From positions 24,333 to 88,332 of the forward strand of contig CAZNZW010000002.1 in assembly GCA_964577615.1 (NCBI GenBank): a stretch of 64,000 nt of DNA, in the 5' to 3' direction. This DNA comes from an uncultured Desulfobacterales bacterium (GTDB taxonomy: Bacteria > Desulfobacterota > Desulfobacteria > Desulfobacterales > QNYZ01). The notes under the pieces were generated by a model. The model saw only the letters and a list, made by a program, of their open reading frames with translations. It did no database searches and was not told the origin of the DNA. Position numbers and translations under genes: made by a program. Shown here piece after piece: positions 7,149 through 16,150 of the stretch (position 1 is the first letter of the stretch; each line of letters begins with the position of its first letter).

Positions 7149-9152
7149 ATGAAATCGATTTATTTTTTATCATTAAATGCACTTGAATTTGTTCCTTACG
7201 CTTACGGGCTGCTGCGCAGTTTTGCGGAAACCGACCCGCGCGTTGCCGGCAGCTATGCCTGGCACGAACCGCTGACCCGCATCGAAGCCGTGGAAACAAC
7301 GGCTGCGAGAATCAAATCCCCGGATATTCTTTGCGCGTCCTGCTATGTCTGGAACGACAACCAGCAGGCGGCAATTATCCGGCGGGTCAAGGCCGCCCAT
7401 CCGGACTGCCGGGTGATTCTCGGCGGCCCGCATGTGCCGGATAACAGTGAGGGGTTTTTTGCCGCACGCCCTGAAGTGGATATTCTTGTTCACGGTGAAG
7501 GCGAATTACCCTTTTACCATCTGCTGCTGGCGTTGAGAGATGATTCTCCCCGGCTGGAGTCGATTGCCAATATCAGCTGCAATGCCAACGGGAAAACGCT
7601 GAAAACCCGCACCGCCCCCGGCCTGACGACGGCCTCCGGACAAAAAACAGAACCGGGCCAGCCGGCGTTCCTGCCGATCCCGAGCCCTTTTTTAAATGGG
7701 ATTTTTGACCGTTTTCTGGCCGACGGGGAAAAAAATAAAATCGGATTATGGGAAACCAACCGGGGCTGTCCGTATGCCTGCAGCTTCTGTGACTGGGGCG
7801 TGCGCAGCACCAATAAAATCAGGCGGCACGACATGAAGAAAATTGCCGCTGAAATCGATTATATTGCCCATCGGAAAATCGAAGATCTTTATATCACCGA
7901 TTGCAACTTCGGTATTCTGGAACGGGATCTTAAGATCACCGAAGAACTGGTTGCCGCCCGCCGGAAATATGGCTATCCCAAGCGGGTGCGGATCCAGTTT
8001 GCCAAGAATTCCAACGATACGGTTTTTGAAATCAGCCGGATGCTCCATGCCGAGGATATGCTGTGGGGCACCACCCTGTCGATGCAGAGTGTTGACGACG
8101 ATGTTCTGGCGGCTGTCAACCGGCGCCAGATCGGGACCCGTAACTACCAGCTTTTGAAAGACCGCTACCGGCAGGTGGACATTCCCACGTACACCGAGCT
8201 GATCCTCGGATTGCCGGCTGAAACCCGAACATCGTTTATCGATGGCATCTGTACCCTGATGGAAATCGGTATCCATGACGATATCCGTGTGTACGAACTG
8301 GCCCTGCTGCCCAATGCTCCCTTAAACCAGCCGCGCAAACGGGAAGCATTCGGTCTTAAGACAAAAGTGAGGGCCCTGCGCATTCCGTCCAGCGGGTGTG
8401 AAAAAGAGACGGTCGAAATCGTTTTTGAAACCAATACCCTGCCGCAGGCCGACTGGGCCTATTGCTATCTTTTTGAGGAAATGATCCAGGCCCTGCATAA
8501 CGGCGCCTATACGCGGTTTCTGTCCATTTATCTTAATGACACCGGCCAGATGTCCTACAGGCGGTTCTATAACCGGCTGCTGACCGTCATGCTGCATTCC
8601 AGCGACCCGGCCCATGCCGCTTTCAGACGGGTCCGCGACCTGATCGCCGCCTACTGCCGCGATGACAGCATTCCGCAGATCGCCAAAATGCTGACCCAGC
8701 CGGACATGTCGGCTTTTCTTGCCTCTTTCAACCCCAGACGGAAAGGGTGGCATCTGTGGACCTACCTCTGGCTGGCCGTCAGCGAGACGACCGATGCCTT
8801 TTATGCGGCACTGAGAACGTTTCTCGAAGGAGAAGGCATTGCCATCGATGCGGTCCTTGAGGATCTCCTGCACTATCAGCAGGAACTGATGCTGACGGTT
8901 GAATACGATCCGGGCCGGGGAAAGGAAGGCGTATACCGGTATAACTGGTTCGACTGTTTTTTTCACAATGCCCCGCTGAAACAGGAGGCGGTGACGCTTC
9001 AGTATACCGATACCCACATGGGCATTACCAATCGGTATCCGCTGGAAAAAGGCAATCGCCTGCGGTTTGTCAACGCCGCCATCGGGATTTCGTATCCCTA
9101 TACAAAGTTCAGGCACTTTTTTCATCAACCGGACCGGGTCGAAAAAAAATAG
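7149..9152 (+). CDS. B12-binding-domain radical SAM protein (class B), substrate unknown
   Basis: The start is taken at MKSIYFLSLN (ATG 7149); the track ORF from 6996 is an upstream extension. The N-terminal cobalamin-binding-like segment includes 'ILCASCYVWN...RVILGGPHV...DILVHGEGE'. The radical-SAM cluster motif is 'NRGCPYACSFCDWG'. A ~280-aa C-terminal extension has no further Cys clusters. Confidence 0.85.
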   Translation: MKSIYFLSLNALEFVPYAYGLLRSFAETDPRVAGSYAWHEPLTRIEAVETTAARIKSPDILCASCYVWNDNQQAAIIRRVKAAHPDCRVILGGPHVPDNSEGFFAARPEVDILVHGEGELPFYHLLLALRDDSPRLESIANISCNANGKTLKTRTAPGLTTASGQKTEPGQPAFLPIPSPFLNGIFDRFLADGEKNKIGLWETNRGCPYACSFCDWGVRSTNKIRRHDMKKIAAEIDYIAHRKIEDLYITDCNFGILERDLKITEELVAARRKYGYPKRVRIQFAKNSNDTVFEISRMLHAEDMLWGTTLSMQSVDDDVLAAVNRRQIGTRNYQLLKDRYRQVDIPTYTELILGLPAETRTSFIDGICTLMEIGIHDDIRVYELALLPNAPLNQPRKREAFGLKTKVRALRIPSSGCEKETVEIVFETNTLPQADWAYCYLFEEMIQALHNGAYTRFLSIYLNDTGQMSYRRFYNRLLTVMLHSSDPAHAAFRRVRDLIAAYCRDDSIPQIAKMLTQPDMSAFLASFNPRRKGWHLWTYLWLAVSETTDAFYAALRTFLEGEGIAIDAVLEDLLHYQQELMLTVEYDPGRGKEGVYRYNWFDCFFHNAPLKQEAVTLQYTDTHMGITNRYPLEKGNRLRFVNAAIGISYPYTKFRHFFHQPDRVEKK

Positions 9153-9162
9153 GAGAGTACCG

Positions 9163-10020
9163 ATGCCAACACTGATCAGATTGTCCCGGACCGCATGTGT
9201 TTTCCTGGCGCTTGTCTGTATCGTTTTTGGCGGTATCGATACTGGCTGGGCCGGGCCGCCGGCATCTTATACCAACTCACTGGGTATGGCATTTGTTCTG
9301 ATACCCGCCGGTACGTTTATCATGGGAAGTCCGGACGATGAAAAGGGGCGGGGAACATCCGAAGCCCGGCATAACGTCACGCTGACGCACCCTTTTTATA
9401 TTCAAACCACCGAAGTGACCGTTAAGCAGTGGCACCGGATCATGGGCCGTCCCCTGTTCGGCGGTCCCAGAAAACCGGATCAATTTCCGATCGTCAAGGT
9501 ATCGTGGTATGACGTCGCCAAATTCATCGCAAAGATGAATGCCCGCGGCGAGGGGACCTATCGCCTGCCCACCGATGCCGAATGGGAATACGCGGCCCGC
9601 GCGCGAAGCACCACAGCCTACAGCTGGGGGGCGGCCATCGATTGCGCCAGAGCCATGTTCAGTAATAATACGAATAAATCCAATAAGTGCGTGGAAGACG
9701 TGCGTGCAAAAGGCCTGAAAGCGGACATGCCGGCGCCGGTAAAAAGCTATCCGCCCAACAAATGGGGCCTGTTCGACATGCATGGAAATGTCTGGGAATG
9801 GTGTCAGGACGGGTTTGATCCCTACCGGCATCGGATGGATCCGTACCAGACATATGAGATAACCGACCCGGTAATCAGTCCCTCCGGCGGTAATCGAATC
9901 CGGCGGGGCGGCAGCTGGTTCGGGTCGGGGTATTCCTGCCGTTCCGCCAACCGCACCTACAGCAATCCGAACGTCCGTTACCGGACCACCGGTTTTCGTC
10001 TGGTCCGGGAAGCCCGATAA
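9163..10020 (+). CDS. Exported FGE-sulfatase-fold (SUMF1/EgtB/PvdO family) protein
   Basis: The ATG at 9163 follows SD AGGAGA. The signal peptide is 'MPTLIRLSRTACVFLALVCIVFGGIDTGWA'. Fold motifs are 'FIMGSPDDEKGR', 'YRLPTDAEWEYAAR', 'GLFDMHGNVWEWC', 'RGGSWFGSGYSCRSANR' and 'TGFRLVRE'. Confidence 0.85.
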   Translation: MPTLIRLSRTACVFLALVCIVFGGIDTGWAGPPASYTNSLGMAFVLIPAGTFIMGSPDDEKGRGTSEARHNVTLTHPFYIQTTEVTVKQWHRIMGRPLFGGPRKPDQFPIVKVSWYDVAKFIAKMNARGEGTYRLPTDAEWEYAARARSTTAYSWGAAIDCARAMFSNNTNKSNKCVEDVRAKGLKADMPAPVKSYPPNKWGLFDMHGNVWEWCQDGFDPYRHRMDPYQTYEITDPVISPSGGNRIRRGGSWFGSGYSCRSANRTYSNPNVRYRTTGFRLVREAR

Positions 10021-10060
10021 TCAATCGCCTTGTGAATAATACCAGAATCGAAAAAAATCG

Positions 10061-13000
10061 ATGACCAAACTCCTCAGCCGATGGCTCAATATCTACAAAA
10101 GCGAGATCGCGCTGTTTTTATGGGCTGCCGCACTTCTTTTCATCATCCGCAGCTGTGGGGTTTACCTGAACAACTATACGGAAACGACTTTTTTAAAGCG
10201 TTACGGGATAGAATATCTGCCCATTGTCAACATGGCCAACGCGGTGGTCACTTTTTTCATCATGGGCGTCATTACCGGTTTGATTGGGCGGTTTTCCGGG
10301 GCCCGGCTGCTGACCTATCTTTTTTTATTCTGCGGCCTTTCCATCGCGGGCATTCGTCTGATCATCCCTCTGGGATACGACCTGGTTTATCCGCTCCTGT
10401 TTATGCTCAAATCTCAATACGAAGTGGTACTGGCCCTGTTGTTCTGGAATCTGGCCAACGACATTTTCAATACGCGCCAGTCCAAACGGCTGTTTCCTTT
10501 GATCACCGCCGGCGGTATTGTGGGGCAGATTATCGGCAGTTTTTCCACTCCCATCATTGTCCGGAACATCTCCATCGACAACCTTTTGACGGTCTATCTG
10601 GCCATCACGCTGGTTGGCGCCCTTGTCATCAAGCTGATGCGAAACCGGTTTCCGACGCTTCTGTTCTCCACCCGGGAGCAGGCGAAGAAATCGTCCAGGG
10701 ACTCCATGGTGGGCGAAATCAAAAAAATGATCCCGCTGATCAAGACGTCTCCGCTGATCATGTTGATGATTATCCTGACCTTTATTCCCAACGTGGTCAT
10801 TCCCATCATGAATTATCAGTTTAACTACGCGGTCAACGATCAATTTGCCACTGAAATGAAACTGATTGAATTTTTTGGTTATTTTCGGGGCATCTTGAAT
10901 TCCATCAGCCTGGTGATCCTGCTGTTTGTCGGCCGGATTTACGGCCGCTGGGGGCTGCCCGTGGCGCTGATGTTTCATCCCTTTAATTACATGTTTGTTT
11001 TTCTGGCATTTTTTTTCCGGTTCGACGCCTTTACGGCCATCTATGCGCGTATGTCGTCAAATATTATCCGGTCAACGATCAATATTCCCACCATGGCCGT
11101 CCTGAACGGTCTTTTTCCAGATTCCTACCGGGAGTTGATCCGTCCCTTTCTCAGAGGAACCGTGGTCCGGATCGCCCTGTTTTTAGGCTCGGGGATGATC
11201 CTTCTGTCCACCGATCTTTTTCATCCCCGCTACCTCTCTCTGGTTGCCCTGCCTTTTGTCCTGATCTGGGTCATAACGCCCTTTATCCTCAAAAGGCGGT
11301 ATTCCCGTATTCTCCTCGATTTAATATCTCAAAACAGGGTCGATTTTAATTCTTTTGAACCCAAAGAAGTTCTTCATCTTTTCAAAGACAAGAACCTGAC
11401 GAAACATCTGGTTGATACCTTTGAATCTTCTCATGGGCAGGATTGTCTCTGGTATGCGCGGTTGATGCAGTCGCTGGGGATTTCCGATCTTGACAGCCGG
11501 ATTCTGGTAAAAATAGAAACGGAAAATGACGTCACCACCCGGATCGGCCTTCTCGATCTGCTTTCACGAGATGCCGCGGAAAGAGCCGTTGACATATTCA
11601 ACCGTTTATCCGAATCCGCCTCCCCCGACCTGAGCACGGCCCTGGTTCGAACCGCCGGCCGCCTGTCGCGGGATATCTTTCATGATTTCATTTTAAAACA
11701 ATATGAAACCAGTTCCTGCCCGGAAACCCGGGGGTATGCGGTGGCGGAGCTGTTTGAGCAAAATCCGGATACGTATCAGGAGACGATTCAGGCATGGCTG
11801 GCGTCAGACAATGCTGTTGAACGCAAGGCCGGCGTGGTGGCCGCCGGTCGCACGCACCGGGCAGCTTATGTTGATCAGTTGATGGCATTACTGTCTGGTG
11901 AAAAAGAACCCGCCGTCATTGCTGAGATCCTGACCGCTTTTCGTCGCCTGCAGGCGCCGGAACTGAACCAGGTGCTGCAGCCGTTCCTGAGGCATTCGAG
12001 TGAAACCGTACGGCTGAATGCTGTGGAGGCGTTTGAAATCAAAGATGACGCTTCCCTGCATGTCCTGCTGTTGCTTCTGGGAAACACTTCCGATAAAGTG
12101 GTTCGGAAAATCCGGGACAAAATCAAAAACGCGCCGTATCATAACAGTCAACTGCTTGTGGAAATGCTGGCCATACCCAAACGCCGTATTCGGGAGGGGA
12201 TCTTTCAGCTGATTGAAACGATGAATGTCAAGGATATTGACAGTGTTCAATATACTCACCGGCAGATCCGGCTATGCTACACCCATATTGCTGAAACCCT
12301 GGCTGTTTCAGGCTTTCCAGACAGTACATATAAAAATTTGCTGATCCAGCACCTCAATGAGCAGCGTATGCTTCGCGTCAATATTATTTTACGGGTGCTT
12401 TCAATTCTGGATCCCAGCGGCCGAATGAAGCTGATTTACCGGGGCCTGAATTCTTCAGATCGACACCGGAGAGGAAACAGCGTCGAGGCCCTTGAAAACC
12501 TGCTGGACAAACCGCTTTCCCGGGGCCTGATCCCACTGCTCGAAGAAATGGCGCCGGCGCGGCAGCTGGCGGTTGGGGAAAAATATTTCGACCTGCCGGT
12601 CATTCCCACCCGGCCGGCGCCGCTGGCCGAACATTTTTGTGGAAAGAAAGACTGGATTTCCTGTATCCTGATCCATCATATTTCAGAGAAAATCGCACCG
12701 GGCCAGATGCGTCCGAAGAAAATGGACGAAATATTTCCAATGGCGCCCAACGGCGCGCCCGCCAGCGATACGCAACCTGTTTTTTATTCAACTGCCGGGA
12801 AAATCAAGATGACAGACATGCTTACTCTGCCGGACAAGATCTTCAAGTTGAGAAAAGTTGAGATTTTCAAGGATCTCAGCGTCAGTGAACTGGCCGCTGT
12901 TGCCGCCATCACCGAGGAAGCGGAATTTTCCGAAGGAGATGTTGTTATTCGCGAAGGGGATATGAGCCAGGTCCTCTATCTGGTTATCGAAGGCGAAACG

Positions 13001-13294
13001 TCGGTTATCAAAAATATCGAAACCGACAGAGAGATGGAACTGGCGCGCATCGGCGCCAATGACTATTTCGGCGAAATGGCGCTTTTGGAAGACGGTCGGC
13101 CCCGCAGCGCCAGTATCCGCGTGGAAAAAAAATCCCGTTTTTTAACATTGCACAAGCAGGAACTTATGGATATTATCGACGAATATCCGAAAATCGCACT
13201 TAATTTCTGCCGGGTACTGACCCGGAGATTACGTGCGCTGGACGAAAAAGCCGGAGAAATCTGCAAGGATACGGATGCGGGTGACGGTCCCTGA
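10061..13294 (+). CDS. Multidomain membrane protein: TLC/Npt1-like (MFS-type) transporter domain + HEAT repeats + C-terminal cyclic-nucleotide-binding domain
   Basis: 1077 aa. About 12 hydrophobic segments include 'LLFWNLANDIFNTRQSKRLFPLITAGGIVGQIIG', which resembles the ATP/ADP-translocase (TLC) family motif. The middle has helical HEAT-like repeats ('AVERKAGVVAAGRT', 'SETVRLNAVEAFE', 'RHRRGNSVEALENL'). The C-terminal cNMP domain is 'FKDLSVSELAAVA...GDVVIREGD...YFGEMALLEDGRPRSASIRV'. Confidence 0.8.
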   Translation: MTKLLSRWLNIYKSEIALFLWAAALLFIIRSCGVYLNNYTETTFLKRYGIEYLPIVNMANAVVTFFIMGVITGLIGRFSGARLLTYLFLFCGLSIAGIRLIIPLGYDLVYPLLFMLKSQYEVVLALLFWNLANDIFNTRQSKRLFPLITAGGIVGQIIGSFSTPIIVRNISIDNLLTVYLAITLVGALVIKLMRNRFPTLLFSTREQAKKSSRDSMVGEIKKMIPLIKTSPLIMLMIILTFIPNVVIPIMNYQFNYAVNDQFATEMKLIEFFGYFRGILNSISLVILLFVGRIYGRWGLPVALMFHPFNYMFVFLAFFFRFDAFTAIYARMSSNIIRSTINIPTMAVLNGLFPDSYRELIRPFLRGTVVRIALFLGSGMILLSTDLFHPRYLSLVALPFVLIWVITPFILKRRYSRILLDLISQNRVDFNSFEPKEVLHLFKDKNLTKHLVDTFESSHGQDCLWYARLMQSLGISDLDSRILVKIETENDVTTRIGLLDLLSRDAAERAVDIFNRLSESASPDLSTALVRTAGRLSRDIFHDFILKQYETSSCPETRGYAVAELFEQNPDTYQETIQAWLASDNAVERKAGVVAAGRTHRAAYVDQLMALLSGEKEPAVIAEILTAFRRLQAPELNQVLQPFLRHSSETVRLNAVEAFEIKDDASLHVLLLLLGNTSDKVVRKIRDKIKNAPYHNSQLLVEMLAIPKRRIREGIFQLIETMNVKDIDSVQYTHRQIRLCYTHIAETLAVSGFPDSTYKNLLIQHLNEQRMLRVNIILRVLSILDPSGRMKLIYRGLNSSDRHRRGNSVEALENLLDKPLSRGLIPLLEEMAPARQLAVGEKYFDLPVIPTRPAPLAEHFCGKKDWISCILIHHISEKIAPGQMRPKKMDEIFPMAPNGAPASDTQPVFYSTAGKIKMTDMLTLPDKIFKLRKVEIFKDLSVSELAAVAAITEEAEFSEGDVVIREGDMSQVLYLVIEGETSVIKNIETDREMELARIGANDYFGEMALLEDGRPRSASIRVEKKSRFLTLHKQELMDIIDEYPKIALNFCRVLTRRLRALDEKAGEICKDTDAGDGP

Positions 13295-13378
13295 CAGATC
13301 GGCAGCCTGAACATGTTCCGGCCCGTTTCGGCCAATCGGTTGTTTGACATTTAAAAATTAAATTTTGAAGGCATTTCC

Positions 13379-14383
13379 ATGAAAATTGCTTTTATGATGG
13401 ACCATCTGGAAGATATCGACCCCGTCTGGGAGACAACCAGCCATTTGATGTACGAATCCAACCAGCGGGGACATACCGTCTATTTTCTTGAGCCCCACGA
13501 TATCTACATCCGAAAAAATAAGGTCATGGCCCGCATGTACGATGTTACGGTGGCGGCGGAGCAGTCCATAAAGCAGTACTGGCGGTCAGCCATCCGCTGT
13601 CTGAAGAAAGAAGGGCGGGTTTTTGAGTCGCTGTCCAAAATCGATGCGCTGTTTCTCCGAAAAAACCCCCCCCTCCAGTATCAGGCCATGGAATTTCTGT
13701 CTCCCTTTTCCGATCAGGTGTTTATGCTCAACCATACACTGGGGCAGATGCAGGGAAACGGCAAACTGTATACCTTGAATTTTCCCGATATCATCCCGGT
13801 CACCCATGTCTCCCGCGACCCGGCCCGTTTAAAAAAGATCATCGACGACTTCGGGGGCGCCATGGTCGTCAAACCGCTGCAGCGGTTCGGCGGCGAAGGC
13901 GTGATCAAGGTCAGCACCAGGGACCAGGAAAATCTGCTTTCGTTGATCAACTACTACGTTCGGGCCTATGAACCGTACCATAACCGTGAACCGATAATGG
14001 TACAGGAGTATCTTGACCAGGTGCGCACAGAAGGGGATATTCGTATTTTACTGCTCAACGGCGAAATTATCGGCGCCATGCAGCGCAAACCGTCCGCCGG
14101 CGAATTCCGGGCCAATGTCCATGCCGGGGCCAAGGTATTCAAGCACCGGGTAACCCCGGCGGAACGTAAAATCTGCCAGACCATCGGTGACCGGCTGAGG
14201 GCCGACGGTCTTTTTTTTGTGGGGATCGACATTATCGGGGACAGACTGGTTGAAATCAACTGCGTCAGCCCCGGCGGGATTCCCCGCATCAACAAGCTTG
14301 ACCACGTAAAGCTGGAAAAGGATGTGATCGATTTTATCGAAGACCGGGTAACCCGCATGAAAAATGGAAACGAGGGCCCATGA
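13379..14383 (+). CDS. gshB: Glutathione-synthetase-type (GshB family) ATP-grasp ligase
   Basis: 334 aa. The N-terminus 'MKIAFMMDHLEDIDPVWETTSHLMYESNQRGHTVYFLEPHDIY' and the C-terminal 'GDIRILLLNGEIIGAMQRKPSAGEFRANVHAGA...GLFFVGIDIIGDRLVEINCVSPGGI' closely follow E. coli GshB ('GLIFVGLDIIGDRLTEINVTSPTCI'). Substrate specificity is not proven. Confidence 0.7.
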   Translation: MKIAFMMDHLEDIDPVWETTSHLMYESNQRGHTVYFLEPHDIYIRKNKVMARMYDVTVAAEQSIKQYWRSAIRCLKKEGRVFESLSKIDALFLRKNPPLQYQAMEFLSPFSDQVFMLNHTLGQMQGNGKLYTLNFPDIIPVTHVSRDPARLKKIIDDFGGAMVVKPLQRFGGEGVIKVSTRDQENLLSLINYYVRAYEPYHNREPIMVQEYLDQVRTEGDIRILLLNGEIIGAMQRKPSAGEFRANVHAGAKVFKHRVTPAERKICQTIGDRLRADGLFFVGIDIIGDRLVEINCVSPGGIPRINKLDHVKLEKDVIDFIEDRVTRMKNGNEGP

Positions 14384-16125
14384 GGAGACGGAATATGTAC
14401 ATGCGGCCCTGGGTGAAAATCGCATTTCTACTGGCAACCGTTGCCCTGGTGACCGCCTGCCGGCCGGCCAGGGTGCCGGATTACCTTCGCGTCGGCCTGG
14501 TGGCCGAACCCAAGACGCTGCATATCTGGCTGGCCAGTGACCGCAACTCCAGAAAAATTCTGTCCCTGATCTATCAGCCATTGTACATCCGTGACCCGGT
14601 GACCTTGAAACAGGTCCCCTGGCTGGCGGCCGCCCCGCCCATTTACGATCCGACGACCATTTCCTATACGGTTACACTGCGCCCGGCCCGGTGGTCGGAC
14701 GGCAGCGAGGTGACATCGGCGGACGTGGCCTTTACCGGCCGGTTGATCCGCTCGTTTAAGATTCCGCGGCGCTACTCCCGCTGGAAATTTGTCAAAAAAA
14801 TTACCACGCCGGATAAACGGACGGTTGTCTTCTACCTGAAGTCGCCCAAGGCAATTTTTACCACCCGGACCCTGACGACTCCCATTGTTCCGCGGAAGCA
14901 GTGGCAGCCCATTGCGGCCGCAGCCAGAAAGAAGAAGAAGCCGCTCAAGGCCCTGCTCGATACCGCCATTTCTCATCCGATCGGCTGTGGGCCGTTTATT
15001 CTCAGGGAATGGCGACAGGGGACCTATCTGTACCTGACCCGGAACCCCTACTTTTTCGGTACCCATTCCCGCATTGCCGGCCGGTTGCTTGGCCCCTATG
15101 TCAACGGTCTGCTGTTCAAGATTTATGGCACGTCGGATGTTGCCATCCTTGCCCTGAAAAAGGGGACGCTTGACATGTTCTGGTGGACGCTGCAGCCGGG
15201 ATATATCGCTGATCTGCGTAAAGACACTCATATCCGGCTTTTTTCAAATGAAAAAAGTGCGCTGTATTTCATGGGGTTTAATCTGCGTCGACCGCCGTTC
15301 AGTGATGTCCGGTTGCGGCGGGCCATGGCCACCCTGATTGATAAAAAATTCATCACCCATCGCATTTTGCAGAACCAGGGGGCCCCCATGTACTCCATTG
15401 TTCCGGCCGAAAACAGGTTCTGGTGCTGTGAAGATGTTCCCCGCTATGGTGATGACCTGACATGGGAAGAGCGGGTCAGACGGGCTTTCCGGATTCTCTC
15501 CAATGCCGGGTATTCCTGGGATGTCCCGCCCGTGGGTGAGGATGGCCGCATTCGTCCGGCCAGCGGTTTTCGCCTGCCCGATGGAAAATTGATGGCCCGC
15601 TTTACCATCCTGACGCCTCCGGCGGATTACGATCCCTTAAGGGCCATGAGCGGGATGATGATCCAGCAATGGTTCAGGGCCCTGGGTATGCCGGCCTTTG
15701 CACGGCCCATGGCATTTGGCGCTCTGCTTAACCAGATAAAATCCGCACACGATTTTGATGTCTTCATACTGGGATACGGCAATTTATCCCTGGACCCGGA
15801 TTTCCTGCGCGTCTTTTTCTATTCCAAAAACGATAAACCCCGGGGGTGGAACATGTCCGGGTACCATAACCCCGATTTTGACCGGATTGCCAAGGCCTCC
15901 CGTTCGGCCATGAATCGTGAAGACCGCCGCAAACTGATTTTTGAGATGCAGAAAATGGTCATGGCCGATATCCCCTACCTGCCTTTGTATAAACCGTCAG
16001 TCGTTGAGGCGGTTCGCAAAGGGCGTTTTACGGGCTGGGTAAACATGATTGAAGGCATCGGCAACATCTGGTCGTTTTGTGAAGTCCGGCCGGTGGCCGG
16101 CCGGTCACCGGCGACTTCCCAATGA
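14380..16125 (+). CDS. ABC transporter substrate-binding lipoprotein, peptide/nickel (family 5; DppA/OppA/GsiB-like)
   Basis: The start overlaps the gshB-like stop (ATGA). Alternative ATGs at 14395 and 14401 follow SD GAGGAG. The lipoprotein signal is 'WVKIAFLLATVALVTAC'. The length (~580 aa) and operon context with DppBCDF-type partners support the call. Confidence 0.8.
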   Translation: MRRRNMYMRPWVKIAFLLATVALVTACRPARVPDYLRVGLVAEPKTLHIWLASDRNSRKILSLIYQPLYIRDPVTLKQVPWLAAAPPIYDPTTISYTVTLRPARWSDGSEVTSADVAFTGRLIRSFKIPRRYSRWKFVKKITTPDKRTVVFYLKSPKAIFTTRTLTTPIVPRKQWQPIAAAARKKKKPLKALLDTAISHPIGCGPFILREWRQGTYLYLTRNPYFFGTHSRIAGRLLGPYVNGLLFKIYGTSDVAILALKKGTLDMFWWTLQPGYIADLRKDTHIRLFSNEKSALYFMGFNLRRPPFSDVRLRRAMATLIDKKFITHRILQNQGAPMYSIVPAENRFWCCEDVPRYGDDLTWEERVRRAFRILSNAGYSWDVPPVGEDGRIRPASGFRLPDGKLMARFTILTPPADYDPLRAMSGMMIQQWFRALGMPAFARPMAFGALLNQIKSAHDFDVFILGYGNLSLDPDFLRVFFYSKNDKPRGWNMSGYHNPDFDRIAKASRSAMNREDRRKLIFEMQKMVMADIPYLPLYKPSVVEAVRKGRFTGWVNMIEGIGNIWSFCEVRPVAGRSPATSQ

Positions 16126-16150
16126 TTCGGCGATTTAAGGAACAGGTATA

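Noticed and set aside
7149-9152. Radical SAM as an anaerobic sulfatase-maturating enzyme (anSME), given the FGE-like neighbour.
   Set aside because: It has a B12-binding-type N-domain and lacks the SPASM/twitch C-terminal Cys clusters (CxxCxxxxxC...) that define anSMEs.
10081-10824. 247-aa ORF in an alternative + frame inside the 1077-aa transporter gene.
   Set aside because: It lies on the same strand, out of frame, within a gene whose own frame shows coherent TM helices. The alternative translation is His/Arg/Gly/Pro-rich with no motif.
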